Shown: piece after piece, positions 43,356-55,889 of the stretch | Layout of the letters: each line of letters opens with the position of its first letter | How positions within the stretch are numbered: the stretch's first letter is position 1 | Source: a virus | Reading direction: 5' to 3' (one strand) | DNA length: 64,000 nucleotides | Virus record (IMG/VR): IMGVR_UViG_3300032579_000010 | Coordinates: 1 to 64,000 of that record | Notes under the pieces: model-generated | Told to the model about the DNA's origin: nothing | Seen by the model: only the letters and a program-made list of their open reading frames with translations | Database searches by the model: none | Made by a program: the position numbers and the translations under genes

Positions 43356-44453
43356 TTATTGCGGAGTGGGTTCTATGTACTGATAGCCCGATGCGACCTT
43401 TATGTTGTGCGTCAAGATTCCAGCACCAAAAAACAGGTCATTTGGACCAACGGTCAGTTTTGACACCAAAACGTTTGCCGAAACAATCTCGACAGAGGTA
43501 ATCGGTATCGCCTGAAGTTCCTCGTTCATCAAGAGGTCGCCAATCTGCATTGACCACGCCCTCATGAACTGCCAAACGCCAGCACGATTCACGAACACAA
43601 AGTGGTCACCCGTCAAACTGATTTGGTCGTTGAAGGTGTAGTAGCCAGAAGCGCCAATGTCGGTGTTTGCCTGAACAATAGTGGTTTCGTAGGTTGTTTG
43701 ACCTATTTGCGAATCCGGTACCGACCAAACCGACGCTGGGTACCAAAGGTTAACTATTTCACCATTTGGATACGTCGGAATAACCGCTGTCTTTAGCACG
43801 TCGCCAACTTGAACGTCCTCAATGTTTTTGAGCGTACCGTCAGCCATGAGAATCGGAGTTCCGTGGATAAAGCATCCACCCCTAGGTGGCGGCACTGGCG
43901 GCGGAACTGGTGGCGGAACGTATGGCGGAACGTATGGCGGCTTTGGTGGCGGAACGTAGGGCGGAACGTAGGGCGCAATGTAGGGTGGCGTATAAGGCGG
44001 CGGAACGGGCGGCGGAACGTAGGGCGGCGGAACGGGTGGCGGAACGTAGGGCGGCGTATAAGGTGGCGGAACGTAGGGCGGCGTATAAGGCGGCGGAACG
44101 TAGTTAGGGACATCTGAACCGCTATACGCAGAATACCCACTGCTTCCAGCATTATTCACGGCCGCTACGGCGTATTCGTATGTGTAGTTAGCAGAAAAAC
44201 CGTAACTAACTAGCGCAGGACTTGAGGTGAAACCTGCCTGATACGAAACAACGGTTCCCGTATTGACGCAGTAAATCGCAACAGTAAATGTCTTTGCTTT
44301 GGAGCCGTTTGGGTTTGGCGTGAAGTAAACATTCACCTGAGTTCCACTTACAACGGACGGTGAGCCAATAGTGGGCGTATTAGGAGGCTTGATTAGAAAG
44401 TCGCCAGAGTCATCTGCCGACATACTCCCTCGTGCGCCAATAATAGGACTCAT
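43356..44453 (-). CDS. FN3 + extensin-like Pro/Tyr repeat + Hint (BIL/Hedgehog-like) domain protein
   Basis: FN3 (PTIG...YEYAVAAVNNAG), (YVPPP)n, GG|CFIHGT, TGDH, ILTHN. Confidence 0.85.
   Translation of the reverse strand: MSPIIGARGSMSADDSGDFLIKPPNTPTIGSPSVVSGTQVNVYFTPNPNGSKAKTFTVAIYCVNTGTVVSYQAGFTSSPALVSYGFSANYTYEYAVAAVNNAGSSGYSAYSGSDVPNYVPPPYTPPYVPPPYTPPYVPPPVPPPYVPPPVPPPYTPPYIAPYVPPYVPPPKPPYVPPYVPPPVPPPVPPPRGGCFIHGTPILMADGTLKNIEDVQVGDVLKTAVIPTYPNGEIVNLWYPASVWSVPDSQIGQTTYETTIVQANTDIGASGYYTFNDQISLTGDHFVFVNRAGVWQFMRAWSMQIGDLLMNEELQAIPITSVEIVSANVLVSKLTVGPNDLFFGAGILTHNIKVASGYQYIEPTPQ
43884..44108 (-). repeat. Coding repeat of PPPYV/PPYT/PPPV units (12-15 bp)
   Basis: GGCGGAACGTAG-type units on the + strand. 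Confidence 0.9.
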
Positions 44454-44467
44454 AACCCTACTTTACA

Positions 44468-47400
44468 CTAAAACTGGGTAAGTGAGGCAAAGATAACATA
44501 CGTTGCGTTTGCTGTCTTGGTAATAGTGAAGTTGTAAGCGTCATACCCGTTGGCGTATCCGTTGGTTGGGTAACCCAGACCACCAGCCCAGTAAATCGAG
44601 GACTGCGAACCGTCAATGTAGACCGTATTACAGTAGTACGAAGCACCAGAACCACCCTGAAGCACCATTACGGCAACCGTCACACTTTGACCAACTGAAA
44701 GAAGGCTGTTGAGTGTTGAGCCACCCGAAGTTCCTGTGAAGTTGAACTGGAAGGTGTTGGTTGCCTGTGAGGTGAACAACACAAGCGAGCCTTGACCCGT
44801 CAAGTAGATGGTTTGTACACCGTTCGGGCTGTTGCTGTTGAGGTACGTCGTTTCGATTGGCGAGGTGAATACCGTGTTAATGGTCGTCGCTGGTGTACCT
44901 TGGTAGCCCTGATTTCCCTGATAACCTTGATTTCCTTGGTATCCTTGCGGTCCTTGAGCACCAGTCGAGCCAGTGATACCTTGGTATCCCTGAACACCCT
45001 GCGCACCAGTTGAACCCTGAGCACCAGTAAATCCTTGGAATCCTTGGTTTCCTTGAGTACCTTGATAGCCCTGCGAACCAGTCGCACCTTGGTAGCCCTG
45101 AGGTCCGGTGGCACCAGTGTTGCCCTGATACCCCTGATACCCCTGCGCACCCTTTTGACCGTCAACATTTACCGTCCAAGTAGAACTTGTGCCTGAGCCA
45201 GTTACCGTGGCGACATTGACCACCAGAGCGCCTGTAGAGGCGTTGTATGAGGCGACCAGACCGACCATTGTTCCAACGGTAGAGACGAGCGATACGCCCT
45301 GTCCTGCCGTGTAAGCCAGACCAGTTCCTACGGTGAGGGTTTGAGAACCAGTACCAATGGTGAGCGAGGTTGTACTTGTCGTGGCGAATGAAGCGCCTTG
45401 GTACCCTTGGTATCCCTGATAGCCCTGAGTACCCTGCGGACCAGTTTGTCCTTGAGCACCCTGAGGACCGTAGCCACCAGTAGAACCTGTTGAACCTTGA
45501 TAACCCTGAGTACCTTGCGTTCCTTGGTAGCCCTGAACACCTTGGCTACCCGTTGCGCCTTGCGCACCCGTGTACCCTTGTAATCCTTGAGCGCCCTGAA
45601 CACCTTGATAACCGATAGCGCCCTGAACACCCTGTGCTCCTTGGTTACCAGTCGCACCAGTAGAACCCTGATAGCCCTGCGCTCCTTGAGCACCTTGCAG
45701 ACCAGTTACACCTTGAACACCCTGCGTACCCTGAGCACCAGTGCTACCTTGGGCACCAGTTAGACCCTGCGTACCTTGCGGACCATAGCCACCAGTAGAA
45801 CCAGTGTTTCCTTGGAAGCCTTGGTTACCCTGACTTCCTTGAAAGCCTTGGAAACCCTGCGCACCAGTCGTACCCTGAGCACCTGTGTATCCCTGATAAC
45901 CCTGTGGTCCTTGTGCTCCCTGAGCACCTGTAGCGCCCGTGGCACCTTGAACACCTTGGTTACCAGTTGCACCCGTGTAGCCTTGCGTACCTTGCGTACC
46001 TTGGGCACCAGTAGCACCCGTCAGACCTTGCGAGCCTTGTGGTCCAATGCCACCAGTGGCACCAACGTTACCTTGGTAGCCTTGATAACCTTGTGCGCCC
46101 TGATACCCTTGAACACCTTGAGCGCCAGTTGAACCTTGCGCACCAGTCGTTCCTTGGTATCCCTGAGCACCCTGAGAACCAGTGGCTCCCGTGGAACCTT
46201 GAACACCCTGAGTACCCTGTGCCCCAGTAAAGCCTTGGTAGCCCTGTGCACCTTGCGTTCCTGTAGCACCAGTAGCACCTTGTACACCTTGAGTACCTTG
46301 CGCACCAGTAAAGCCCTGATAACCCTGACTTCCCTGCGCACCAGTAGACCCTTGGTATCCTTGGTAACCCTGATAACCACGAGTACCTTGGTTACCCTGC
46401 GAACCCTGCGGACCTGTGAAGCCTCGGAATCCTTGGTAACCCTGAACTCCCTGAATACCAGAGAGCGAGAAGTACCAGTTGCTGATTGTGCCAGTGGCAC
46501 CTTCGCCTGAGTAGCCAGTCAGCGAGATGGTGAACTCGAAGCCCGAACCACCAGCATTGACAACGCTGTAGATAAAGCCTGTGTAGAAAACCGCTACACC
46601 GTCAGTGTCGTTTCCAGCAAGCGTTACTGCTTGACCCGTGTAGTACGAGTCGGTAGTTGCGTTGTAGAACACTGCCGTTGAGCCAACATCTGCGCCAGTT
46701 GCGTCAAGGGCAGAAACAGTGGTGATTGCGTAGGCTGGGAAGTCTGCGCCCTGAACACCCTGAACACCTTGGTGTCCTTGCGTACCCTGACTACCCTGAA
46801 CACCTTGGTATCCCTGAAGTCCTTGGTAACCCTGAGCACCTTGGCTACCTGTGTAGCCCTGATACCCTTGAGCACCCTGAACTCCTTGGTAACCAATGGC
46901 TCCTTGGTAGCCTTGAGCACCCTGCGAACCTGTCGCACCTGTGTATCCTTGGCTACCTTGTGCACCAGTCGAGCCTTGGTAACCCTGCGTACCTTGTGCG
47001 CCTTGGTAACCCTGAGCACCGCTGGCACCCTGATTACCTTGCGGACCTTGGACGGTACCAACGCTAATCCACTGGCTTTCAGCAGTAGACCAAACATAAA
47101 CGTCTGGACCAACAATGTACGCCGTGCCCGGTACGTCTGGACCAGTGGGCCAAGCCGCTTCCAGTGCTGATTCGGACGAGTAGGTTCCTTGAATGTTGAA
47201 CGCCGTACCAGCGTTACCTTGGTAGCCTTGCGTACCTTGGTAACCCTGCGGACCGAGAATGTCAGCAACTTCCTGCCACTCGTTTAGTTCAGCGTTCCAC
47301 GCATAGACCTGACCAACAATGACATAGACCTGACCAGTAATGGCTGGACCACTTGGGTGGGCAGAAGTGAGGTCTTCGATAGTGTCGTAGGAACCAGCGA

Positions 47401-50400
47401 TAGTTACGGAGTAACCAGAATCACCTTGGTAACCTTGGGCACCCTGCGGACCAAACTCACGCCACGGCATATCGTCAGTGCCAAGAGCGTTGGTTGACTT
47501 GAATGACGTGACCCAGACGGTTCCACCATTTGTCGTTCCCTTTAGAACCTGAACAATAGAGGCGGCAATCTTGCCTGCCGTGTCAATGTCGTTGTCTCGA
47601 ACTGCCGAGAAACCAGATGAAGAGCCGTCACTAGTGACGACATAGACACCGTTCTGTGAAGCCGTTGTCTGGTCTTTCAGCAAGAAGCGGTCATCCACAC
47701 TCAGGACATAGCCGTCGAGAGACAAGGTGCCTGAGATGTTGAGGTTGATAACGTCAGCCGTTACTGGGTAGTCATTTGACGTGTTGTTGTTGGCGACGTA
47801 GGTAACATCAACGTTTCCTGTAGAAGCAAGTTCTACAGGCTCGTGGACGTTGTACTGAACGTACTGTGGAGGCCCGTTCAGACCCAAGTTGCCGTAAGAC
47901 ATGAGCAACTGCCCAGCCTCACCGTAGCCACCTGCGAAGGTGGGAATGTAGGCAAAGACAATGGGGTCAGAACCGAGCGTTGTGCCAGTCTTGAGTTGGC
48001 ACTGCCACGATGTACCACCGTTTTCAGAACCAGAACTGACCTGAATAATCGAAGCGGCTAGTTTGTCAACGGTATCTACGTCGTTGTCACGAACCGCCTC
48101 AAATGCGCTTTCACCATCGGTTCCGTCAACCAGAACAACATACACACCGTTTTGTGCTGAGTTGGTCTGGTCTTTTAGCAAGAACCTGTCGTTAGAAGCA
48201 AGTTGGTATCCGTCAATGGTGACGGTTCCAACGCCCGTTGCGGTGAAAGTGTCAGCGGCAACGGGCCAGTCGTTGGTCAGGTTTGCGCCGACTGCGTATG
48301 TCCAATCCCAGTTTTCACCAGTCGTAGCAACTACAACAGGCTCGTGGATTTGGTATTGGATGTACTGTGGCGGACCATTGTGACCAATGTTTCCGTAACT
48401 CATCAAGAGTTGTCCAGCGTTACCGTATGAACCAGTGTTTGCGTTCGCAATGAAGGTGATTGGGTCAGTGCCCATTACCGCCAGAGCCGAGGTCGCACAC
48501 TGCCAAGTGGTACCACCGTTTTCAGTACCTTCGGAGACTTGGATAAGTGAAGCCGCAATCTTTTCGATGCGGTCAACGTCGTTGTCACGAATGAGGTGAA
48601 TCTTTCCGTTGTCGTCGTTGAGAGACGATACGACATACACACCATTTTCGGCGGCGTTGGTCTGGTCTTTCACCAAAATACGGTCATCAACCTGAACGGT
48701 GTAGCCGTCAATCCTCCACGTTCCTGAAACAGGAATGTCGAGGGTGTCTACCCAGAGGGGGTGGTCATTGGTGTTATCGCCAGCAGAAGTGTCAGCGTCG
48801 CCAACTGTGTAGGTTCCTGCGAGGTTTTCACCAGTAGTCGCTACACGAACAGGCTCGTGGACACCGTAAGTAATGAACTCCGGCCCGCCGTTGGCAATGT
48901 CGCCATACGACATGAGAAGTTGTCCTGCGTTTCCAGCACTTGACCAAGTAGCAGAGCCGTCTGTGGCACCGAACATAACGCCACCAGAGGTGATGCCGTA
49001 GGCAATCGGTCCTTGTGTACCTTGCTGACCAAAGTACCCCTGATAACCCTGTGTTCCCTGATAACCCTGCGGACCTTGATAGCCCTGATTACCTTGGAAT
49101 CCTTGGAATCCTTGGAAACCTTGTGTGCCTTGAGCACCCGTATCACCTTGGAAGCCCTGATTACCTTGAGCACCAGTTTCTCCTTGGTTACCCTGATAGC
49201 CCTGAAGCCCTTGGTGACCCTGAACACCTTGAGCGCCTGTAGCGCCTTGGTATCCTTGGTTACCCTGAAAGCCTTGACTTCCTTGAGCACCAGTGGCACC
49301 TTGAACGCCTTGTGCGCCCGTAGAGCCTTGGAAGCCTTGATTGCCTTGGAATCCTTGAGAACCCTGAGCGCCAGTCGTGCCTTGGTAGCCTTGGTAGCCT
49401 TGGTTACCTTGGTAACCCTGCGGTCCGGTGAGGTTGCCCGTGCCGTACCACGTTTGCGTATTTGCGCCATACACCCAAGTCGAACCGTCAGTTACCTTGA
49501 GGTACTGGTCGCCGTCCTTAATGCCGGGAATGGTTGAGAGTGGGTTTTCAGTACCCTCGAACCAACCAGTTCCTCGGTTTCCTTGGTATCCCTGATTTCC
49601 TTGGTACCCTTGATTTCCTTGGAAACCTTGATTACCTTGGAAGCCCTGATAACCCTGCGGACCAAAGGCTTGCCAAATAACGGGGTCGGTACCCAGCGTG
49701 TCGGTTGCCTTGAACGTTGTCGTCCAAACAGAACCACCGTAGGTGTCACCCTGCTTGACCTGAACGATAGAAGCCGCCAACTTGTCGGCTGTGTCAATGT
49801 CGTTGTCACGGACTGCGCTAAAGGCGTTTTCAGTACCGTCAGAGGTGCAGACATACACACCGTTCTGGTACGCATCGTCTTGGTGAAGTAGCAAGAAACG
49901 GTCACCCACTTGGACGGTGTATCCGTCGAGTGTTACCGTTCCTGAGCGGTTGCTGGTGATTGTGTCAGCGGCTACTGGGTAGTCGTTCGTGGTATCTCCA
50001 CCGCTGGTGTAGGTAACGTCCAGCGATGTGCCGTCTGACGAGACAGTAACTGGCTCGTGGATGTTGAGCGAGATGTACTGAGGCGAGCCATTGGTACCGA
50101 TTTCACCATAACTCATCAAGAACTGACCAGCAGTACCGTATCCGCCAGCCACCGTTGGGATGTAGGCAAAGACGATTGGTTCGGTTCCTAGGGTTGCGGT
50201 TGAGGAAGTCTGACATTGCCACGACGTTCCACCATTCTGGGTACCTTGAAGCACCTGAATGATAGAGGCTGACAACTTTCCAATGGTATCTACGTCGTTG
50301 TCACGAACGGCTTGGAATACTTCGGTTGAGCCGTCGCTTAGGACTACATACACACCATTTTGGTTTGCGTCCTCTTCGTCCTTGACGAGGAATCGGTCAT

Positions 50401-53400
50401 TGACCTGAAGCGTGTAACCGTCAATGGTGTAAGTACCAAGGTCGGTGGCAGTCAGTGTGTCGGCAGCGTGGGGCCAGTCATTCGTGAGGTTGGAACCGAT
50501 TGCGTATTCCCAGTCGTTGATGCTGTCATCGTCGCCTGTGGTTGCCACAACAACGGGTTCGTGGATTTGGTACTGAATGAACTCAGGCGGACCGTTGTAT
50601 CCAATGTTGCCGTAAGACATCAGCAACTGACCTGCTTCACCGTAACCACCCGTGTTGGCGTTAGCGATAAAGGTAATGTGGTCAGTACCTAGAACTGCAA
50701 GAGACGAAGCGGCACACTGCCAAGTCGTTCCACCATTTTGGATACCGTCAGAAATCTGAACAAGTGAAGCAGCGATTTTCTCAATGCGGTCTGCGTCGTT
50801 GTCACGGCAAAGAATCCAGTTATTGCTTTCGTCGCCTACTTGAATAACAACCCAGATACCGTTTTCAGCAGGATTGGTCTGGTCTTTTAGAAGGAGTCGG
50901 TTGTCAAGGGCGACTGTCCAGCCGTCCATCACCCACGGGCCGGTGTAAGGGAACTCAAGAGTATCAACCCAAAGTGGATAGTCATTGGTGTTGTTTCCTG
51001 CCGAAGTGTCGGCATCGCCAATCGTGTATGTACCGGCAATGTTTTCACCAGTGGTAGCGGCGATTACTGGCTCGTGAACACCGTAAGTAACCCATTCTGG
51101 TCCGCCATTAGTAATGTCGCCGTAAGACATAAGCAGTTGACCAGCGGTGCCTGAGTTGGCAGTCCAAGTAGCAGTTCCGTCGTCAGCACCAAAGAGGACT
51201 GCGCCAGAGGTGATACCAAAGGCGATTGGTCCTTGGTTACCCTGCGTACCGAGTTGTCCTTGGTAGCCCTGATTTCCTTGGTACCCTTGTGCTCCTTGGA
51301 AACCTTGGTACCCCTGCGTTCCTTGCGGACCTTCGAGGCGACCAACATTTTGCCAGACGTTACCCTCATCGTTCCAGACATAGAGGTCACCAGCGACAAT
51401 GTAGGAGTCGCCTTCCTCGTCTGGACCGCTTGGATATGCCGACGTAAGGGCTTCTAAGGTGTCGTATGAGCCGTCAATCATTAAAGGCGTACCAGTGGCA
51501 CCCTGATAACCTTGATAGCCCTGCGGACCGAACTGGCTGAACGGGATTGGGTCGGTACCTAGGGTGTCGGTAGCCTTTGAGCCAGATACCCATACGGTTC
51601 CACCAAGAGTGGCACCTTGTACGACCTGAACGATTGAAGCCGCCAACTTAAAGGCGGTGTCAATGTCATTATCACGGCAAGCAGAGAAGGCGTTAGATGT
51701 ACCGTCTGACAAAACCACATAAACGCCGTTTTCGTAAGCGTTGTTCTGGTGTTTCAGTAGGAAGCGGTCACTGACTTGCAGTGTGTATCCGTCAAGTACA
51801 AGAGTTCCTGACGAGTTGAGTGCGATTACGTCAGCGTTAGTCGGAGCATCGTTCGTGGTGTTTCCACCAACCGTGTAAGTAACGTCAACGTTTTCTGTTG
51901 AGGCAACAACGACGGGTTCGTGAACGTTCAGCGAAATGTACTGAGGTGCACCATTGGTGCCAAGGTTTCCGTAAGACATTAGGAACTGTCCTGCTGTTCC
52001 ATAGCCACCGGCAACTGTAGGAATGTAAGCGAAAATAATGTCGTCGCTACCAAGAGTCATCGTTGAGGTGGCTTGACACTGCCAAGAGGTTCCACCATTA
52101 GTCGTACCCTGAACAACTTGGATAATCGAAGCCGCTAACTTACCAATCGTGTCAATGTCATTGTCTCGGCAGGATTGGAACGGAGTGCTTGAGCCGTCGT
52201 TTAGTACGACATAAACACCGTTTTGGTTGGCATTTTCTTCGTCCTTGACCAAGAAGCGGTCACCAACCTGAAGTTGGTATCCGTCAATAATGTATGTACC
52301 AACCGACACACCAGTCAAGGTGTCTGCGCCTACGGGCCAGTCGTTCGTGGTGTTTCCACCAACTTCGTAGTTCCACTCAATAATGTCGTCATCGCCCGTA
52401 GTAGCAACAACTACTGGCTCGTGAATCTGGTAACTAATGAACTGCGGAGCACCGTTGTAGCCAAGGTTTCCGTAGGACATAAGAAGTTGTCCAGCCTCAC
52501 CGTAGTTAGCGGTGTTGGCGTTTGCGTAGAAAACAATCGGGTGAGTACCCATTGTTGCGAGGGAAGAAGTACCACACTGCCACGTCGTTCCGCCGTTTTC
52601 ATTACCTTCCGATACCTGAATAAGCGACGCACCCAACTTTTGCATGGTGTCAACGTCATTGTCACGTATAAGAAGCCAGTTGTTCTCTGAATCACCAGCG
52701 GTACCGACTACATACACACCGTTTGACGCTGGGTTAGTCTGGTCTTTGAGCAGAAGACGGTCATCTTCACCAACCGTCCAGCCGTCCATTACCCAAGCGC
52801 CCGTGTAGGGGAACTCGATGGTGTCTACCCACAACGGGTAGTCGTTGGTGTTGTCGCCCGATTCCGTTTCGGCGTTTCCGACGGTGTAAGTACCTTCATC
52901 TCCAATGCTTTCACCAGTCGTAGCGGCTCGCACGGGTTCGTGGATTGCGTAGTTGACAAACTCCGGTCCGCCGTTTGCGCCATCACCATAAGACATAAGC
53001 AGGGAGCCAGCCGAGCCAGAACCTGAAGTCCAAGTGGCACTACCGTCTTGCGCACCAAAAAGAACACCAGCAGGAGCAATACCAAAAGCAATCGGCCCTT
53101 GCGAACCCTGAGTACCAAAGTATCCTTGGAAACCTTGCGGACCTTGCGGACCTTGTTCGCCCATAGGAACGAACGTCGCCCAGTAAGTGTTAAGACCAGT
53201 TACAGGGTCAGTGGTTGGTGATTCTGATGCAGGGTTGCCGTTGTAGTTAGCGAGGTACAAGCCACCTTCGTAAAGAACTACGTCAGTCGGGTTGTATGAA
53301 GTGCCAGAAACCCAAGCACCCTTGTATTGGAAGCCTGAACCTTGGTAACCTTGATTTCCCTGAAAGCCTTGGAATCCTTGGTGACCTTGCGCACCTTGAT

Positions 53401-55798
53401 ACCCTTGATTTCCTTGAAGTCCGAAGCGTGTCCAAATCTGGTCGGTTTCACCAAGTGAGTCGGTGGATTTGAAGTTAGTAGTCCAAACGGTTCCACCATA
53501 CGCAGAGCCTTGGAATACTTGAACGATTGAGGCGGCAATCTTGCCTGAAGTGTCTACGTCATTGTCACGAACACCAGAAAAAGCGGTTACTGAACCGTCG
53601 CTAGTGACAACGTAAACACCGTTATAGGCGGCGTTGTCTTGACCAGCGAGAAGGATTCGGTCATCCAACTGAACGCCGTAACCGTCAATAGTGACAGTTC
53701 CTTCAGCGTTGAGAGTAATGGTGTCGGCGGCTACTGGGTAGTCGTTCGTCGTGTCGCCACCGATTGTGTACGTTACGTCAATGTTTTCAGTAGATACAAC
53801 CTGTACGGGTTCGTGAACGTTTAGTTGGATGTACTGCGGAGAACCATTGGAACCAATGTCACCGTAGGACATAAGGAACTGACCGGCTTCACCATAACCA
53901 CCAGCGACGGTGGGGATGTAGGCGAAAATGATTGGGTCAGAACCAAGGTTGGAGGTAGAACTAACCTGACACTGCCAAGAGGTACCGCCGTTAGTTGCAC
54001 CCTGATAGACCTGAACAATAGACGAGGCGAGTTTTCTGATTGTGTCTACGTCATTGTCTCGACAAGCCTGAAATGCGCTGTCTGTTCCGTCGTTGATGAC
54101 GACATACACACCGTTCTGCGCAGGGTCAGTTTGGTCTTTCAGCAGGAAACGGTCATCCATTTGTAGTTGGTAACCGTCAATAACAACGTTGCCAGTAGTG
54201 CTGGCGGTCATTTGGTCTACACCACGGGGCCAGTCATTTGTCGTGTTCGCACCGACGGCAAAAACCCAGTCCCAGTTTTCACCACTCGTGGCGACTTGGA
54301 CGGGTTCGTGAACGTTGTACTGGACGAACTCAGGCGGACCGTTGTAGCCGATGTTTCCATACGACATCAGCAGTTGACCTGCCTCGCCATACCCGCCAGT
54401 GTTAGCGTTGGCAACGAAAACGATTGGGTCGGTGCCAAGTTGAGAGAGTGCTGAAGCGTTGCACTGCCAAGTAGTTCCGCCGTTCTGAACACCGTCAGAG
54501 ATTTGGAACAATGAAGCCGCCAACTTCTGAATCGTGTTTGTGTCATTGTCACGGACGAGGTACCAGTCGTTTCCGGCACTACCAACGGTTGCTACGAGGT
54601 AGACACCGTTCTGCGCCTTTACTGTCTGGTCTTTTACAAGGATGCGGTCATTGGCGTGAACCGTCCAACCGTCTACTACCCAGTCGCCCGTGTAGGCGAA
54701 AGTAAGGGTGTCTGAAGCCACGCCAACGTCATTGGTCGTGTCTGCGCCGACGGTGTAAGTTCCTTCAATGTTTTCACCAGTCGTGGCGGCAGTAATGAAC
54801 TCGTGAATACCGAATGTCGTCCACTCTGGTCCGCCGTTGGCGATTTCTCCGTAGGACATAAGGATTTGTCCTGAGTTTCCAGCATTGGTCGTCCAAGTTG
54901 CCGAACCATCTTCGGCACCAAAAAGAACGCCACCCGAAGTAATACCAAAAGCAACGGGGCCTTGGTTACCTTGCGTACCAAGATTTCCCTGAAATCCCTG
55001 ATGACCTTGTGCACCTTGGGAACCAGTAGAGCCTTGAGCGCCCTGAAATCCTTGGTTTCCTTGGTAGCCCTGAAGTCCAGCGGTTCCCTTTTCACCTTGA
55101 GGTCCGGTAAAGCCCTGCGGACCTTGCGAGCCACTTGCGCCCTGCGGACCTTCAGCACCTTGATAGCCACTTGCGCCGTCCATACCGTTGGCACCTTGGT
55201 ATCCCTGCATACCCATAGCGCCTTGAGCGCCTTGTGGTCCGGCAGAACCCTGCGTACCAGTTAAACCTTGCGCACCCTGAGGGGCAAAAAGTGTCCACGA
55301 GTCTAAACTAACGTCAGGCTGTTGGTCAGTGTTTCCAGAAAGGGCAATGTAAGTGTTGCCACTGTATTCAACGAGGTTGTATGTCTGGTAGTCAATCGAA
55401 GGGTTCCAACCACCAGCGTAGAAAACGCCTTGACCCGGCGCCCCCTGCGGACCGGCTGGACCAGTGGTGTACAAACCAAGGTCAGTGCTGGAAATGGTGC
55501 CAAAGATTTGGGTAATAAAGACCGAGACTGTCTTGCTTCCGTTGTCCTCGTAAGGTAAATCCGTGATTTCAGAAATCACACCAGTCATGTAGTCGGTGTT
55601 GTCTTGGTAAATCAAGACGTTCATGTTGACGGCAAAAGCATCAGCGTTTTGAGCGCCGAAGGGAATGGTCGCACCTTGAGTAACGGTGTCGCTTAGGTTG
55701 TGCCAAATAGGGGTGTAAGTACTAGCGCCTTGGGCACCTTGAGCACCGACAATCGCTGGTACCCATTCTGAGCCGTTCCAATACTTCAACTGTGCCAT
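44468..55798 (-). CDS. Giant 3776-aa collagen-like fibre protein with 12 globular tail-fibre-type repeats
   Basis: Gly-X-Gln runs; 4 modules of 3 repeats carrying [16 protein letters not shown]; fibre C-terminal domain ending TQF. Confidence 0.85.
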   Translation of the reverse strand: MAQLKYWNGSEWVPAIVGAQGAQGASTYTPIWHNLSDTVTQGATIPFGAQNADAFAVNMNVLIYQDNTDYMTGVISEITDLPYEDNGSKTVSVFITQIFGTISSTDLGLYTTGPAGPQGAPGQGVFYAGGWNPSIDYQTYNLVEYSGNTYIALSGNTDQQPDVSLDSWTLFAPQGAQGLTGTQGSAGPQGAQGAMGMQGYQGANGMDGASGYQGAEGPQGASGSQGPQGFTGPQGEKGTAGLQGYQGNQGFQGAQGSTGSQGAQGHQGFQGNLGTQGNQGPVAFGITSGGVLFGAEDGSATWTTNAGNSGQILMSYGEIANGGPEWTTFGIHEFITAATTGENIEGTYTVGADTTNDVGVASDTLTFAYTGDWVVDGWTVHANDRILVKDQTVKAQNGVYLVATVGSAGNDWYLVRDNDTNTIQKLAASLFQISDGVQNGGTTWQCNASALSQLGTDPIVFVANANTGGYGEAGQLLMSYGNIGYNGPPEFVQYNVHEPVQVATSGENWDWVFAVGANTTNDWPRGVDQMTASTTGNVVIDGYQLQMDDRFLLKDQTDPAQNGVYVVINDGTDSAFQACRDNDVDTIRKLASSIVQVYQGATNGGTSWQCQVSSTSNLGSDPIIFAYIPTVAGGYGEAGQFLMSYGDIGSNGSPQYIQLNVHEPVQVVSTENIDVTYTIGGDTTNDYPVAADTITLNAEGTVTIDGYGVQLDDRILLAGQDNAAYNGVYVVTSDGSVTAFSGVRDNDVDTSGKIAASIVQVFQGSAYGGTVWTTNFKSTDSLGETDQIWTRFGLQGNQGYQGAQGHQGFQGFQGNQGYQGSGFQYKGAWVSGTSYNPTDVVLYEGGLYLANYNGNPASESPTTDPVTGLNTYWATFVPMGEQGPQGPQGFQGYFGTQGSQGPIAFGIAPAGVLFGAQDGSATWTSGSGSAGSLLMSYGDGANGGPEFVNYAIHEPVRAATTGESIGDEGTYTVGNAETESGDNTNDYPLWVDTIEFPYTGAWVMDGWTVGEDDRLLLKDQTNPASNGVYVVGTAGDSENNWLLIRDNDVDTMQKLGASLIQVSEGNENGGTTWQCGTSSLATMGTHPIVFYANANTANYGEAGQLLMSYGNLGYNGAPQFISYQIHEPVVVATTGDDDIIEWNYEVGGNTTNDWPVGADTLTGVSVGTYIIDGYQLQVGDRFLVKDEENANQNGVYVVLNDGSSTPFQSCRDNDIDTIGKLAASIIQVVQGTTNGGTSWQCQATSTMTLGSDDIIFAYIPTVAGGYGTAGQFLMSYGNLGTNGAPQYISLNVHEPVVVASTENVDVTYTVGGNTTNDAPTNADVIALNSSGTLVLDGYTLQVSDRFLLKHQNNAYENGVYVVLSDGTSNAFSACRDNDIDTAFKLAASIVQVVQGATLGGTVWVSGSKATDTLGTDPIPFSQFGPQGYQGYQGATGTPLMIDGSYDTLEALTSAYPSGPDEEGDSYIVAGDLYVWNDEGNVWQNVGRLEGPQGTQGYQGFQGAQGYQGNQGYQGQLGTQGNQGPIAFGITSGAVLFGADDGTATWTANSGTAGQLLMSYGDITNGGPEWVTYGVHEPVIAATTGENIAGTYTIGDADTSAGNNTNDYPLWVDTLEFPYTGPWVMDGWTVALDNRLLLKDQTNPAENGIWVVIQVGDESNNWILCRDNDADRIEKIAASLVQISDGIQNGGTTWQCAASSLAVLGTDHITFIANANTGGYGEAGQLLMSYGNIGYNGPPEFIQYQIHEPVVVATTGDDDSINDWEYAIGSNLTNDWPHAADTLTATDLGTYTIDGYTLQVNDRFLVKDEEDANQNGVYVVLSDGSTEVFQAVRDNDVDTIGKLSASIIQVLQGTQNGGTSWQCQTSSTATLGTEPIVFAYIPTVAGGYGTAGQFLMSYGEIGTNGSPQYISLNIHEPVTVSSDGTSLDVTYTSGGDTTNDYPVAADTITSNRSGTVTLDGYTVQVGDRFLLLHQDDAYQNGVYVCTSDGTENAFSAVRDNDIDTADKLAASIVQVKQGDTYGGSVWTTTFKATDTLGTDPVIWQAFGPQGYQGFQGNQGFQGNQGYQGNQGYQGNRGTGWFEGTENPLSTIPGIKDGDQYLKVTDGSTWVYGANTQTWYGTGNLTGPQGYQGNQGYQGYQGTTGAQGSQGFQGNQGFQGSTGAQGVQGATGAQGSQGFQGNQGYQGATGAQGVQGHQGLQGYQGNQGETGAQGNQGFQGDTGAQGTQGFQGFQGFQGNQGYQGPQGYQGTQGYQGYFGQQGTQGPIAYGITSGGVMFGATDGSATWSSAGNAGQLLMSYGDIANGGPEFITYGVHEPVRVATTGENLAGTYTVGDADTSAGDNTNDHPLWVDTLDIPVSGTWRIDGYTVQVDDRILVKDQTNAAENGVYVVSSLNDDNGKIHLIRDNDVDRIEKIAASLIQVSEGTENGGTTWQCATSALAVMGTDPITFIANANTGSYGNAGQLLMSYGNIGHNGPPQYIQYQIHEPVVVATTGENWDWTYAVGANLTNDWPVAADTFTATGVGTVTIDGYQLASNDRFLLKDQTNSAQNGVYVVLVDGTDGESAFEAVRDNDVDTVDKLAASIIQVSSGSENGGTSWQCQLKTGTTLGSDPIVFAYIPTFAGGYGEAGQLLMSYGNLGLNGPPQYVQYNVHEPVELASTGNVDVTYVANNNTSNDYPVTADVINLNISGTLSLDGYVLSVDDRFLLKDQTTASQNGVYVVTSDGSSSGFSAVRDNDIDTAGKIAASIVQVLKGTTNGGTVWVTSFKSTNALGTDDMPWREFGPQGAQGYQGDSGYSVTIAGSYDTIEDLTSAHPSGPAITGQVYVIVGQVYAWNAELNEWQEVADILGPQGYQGTQGYQGNAGTAFNIQGTYSSESALEAAWPTGPDVPGTAYIVGPDVYVWSTAESQWISVGTVQGPQGNQGASGAQGYQGAQGTQGYQGSTGAQGSQGYTGATGSQGAQGYQGAIGYQGVQGAQGYQGYTGSQGAQGYQGLQGYQGVQGSQGTQGHQGVQGVQGADFPAYAITTVSALDATGADVGSTAVFYNATTDSYYTGQAVTLAGNDTDGVAVFYTGFIYSVVNAGGSGFEFTISLTGYSGEGATGTISNWYFSLSGIQGVQGYQGFRGFTGPQGSQGNQGTRGYQGYQGYQGSTGAQGSQGYQGFTGAQGTQGVQGATGATGTQGAQGYQGFTGAQGTQGVQGSTGATGSQGAQGYQGTTGAQGSTGAQGVQGYQGAQGYQGYQGNVGATGGIGPQGSQGLTGATGAQGTQGTQGYTGATGNQGVQGATGATGAQGAQGPQGYQGYTGAQGTTGAQGFQGFQGSQGNQGFQGNTGSTGGYGPQGTQGLTGAQGSTGAQGTQGVQGVTGLQGAQGAQGYQGSTGATGNQGAQGVQGAIGYQGVQGAQGLQGYTGAQGATGSQGVQGYQGTQGTQGYQGSTGSTGGYGPQGAQGQTGPQGTQGYQGYQGYQGASFATTSTTSLTIGTGSQTLTVGTGLAYTAGQGVSLVSTVGTMVGLVASYNASTGALVVNVATVTGSGTSSTWTVNVDGQKGAQGYQGYQGNTGATGPQGYQGATGSQGYQGTQGNQGFQGFTGAQGSTGAQGVQGYQGITGSTGAQGPQGYQGNQGYQGNQGYQGTPATTINTVFTSPIETTYLNSNSPNGVQTIYLTGQGSLVLFTSQATNTFQFNFTGTSGGSTLNSLLSVGQSVTVAVMVLQGGSGASYYCNTVYIDGSQSSIYWAGGLGYPTNGYANGYDAYNFTITKTANATYVIFASLTQF
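45395..46459 (-). repeat. Uninterrupted Gly-X-Y run (~118 triplets)
   Basis: 9-bp periodic CC(C/T)TG pattern; translation GXQ/GXT. Confidence 0.9.
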
Positions 55799-55889
55799 TA
55801 AAGACCCTTGCTGCTAGAGGGGCGTAATCCCAACGTTTTCTAGACCAAATCTTACAACGGATTTTGGGAAACCCACGTTTAAGATTTCA

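Noticed and set aside
43404-43874. Hint domain as a selfish mobile intein
   Set aside because: No homing endonuclease, the +1 residue is Ile, and it is not inserted in a conserved enzyme motif.
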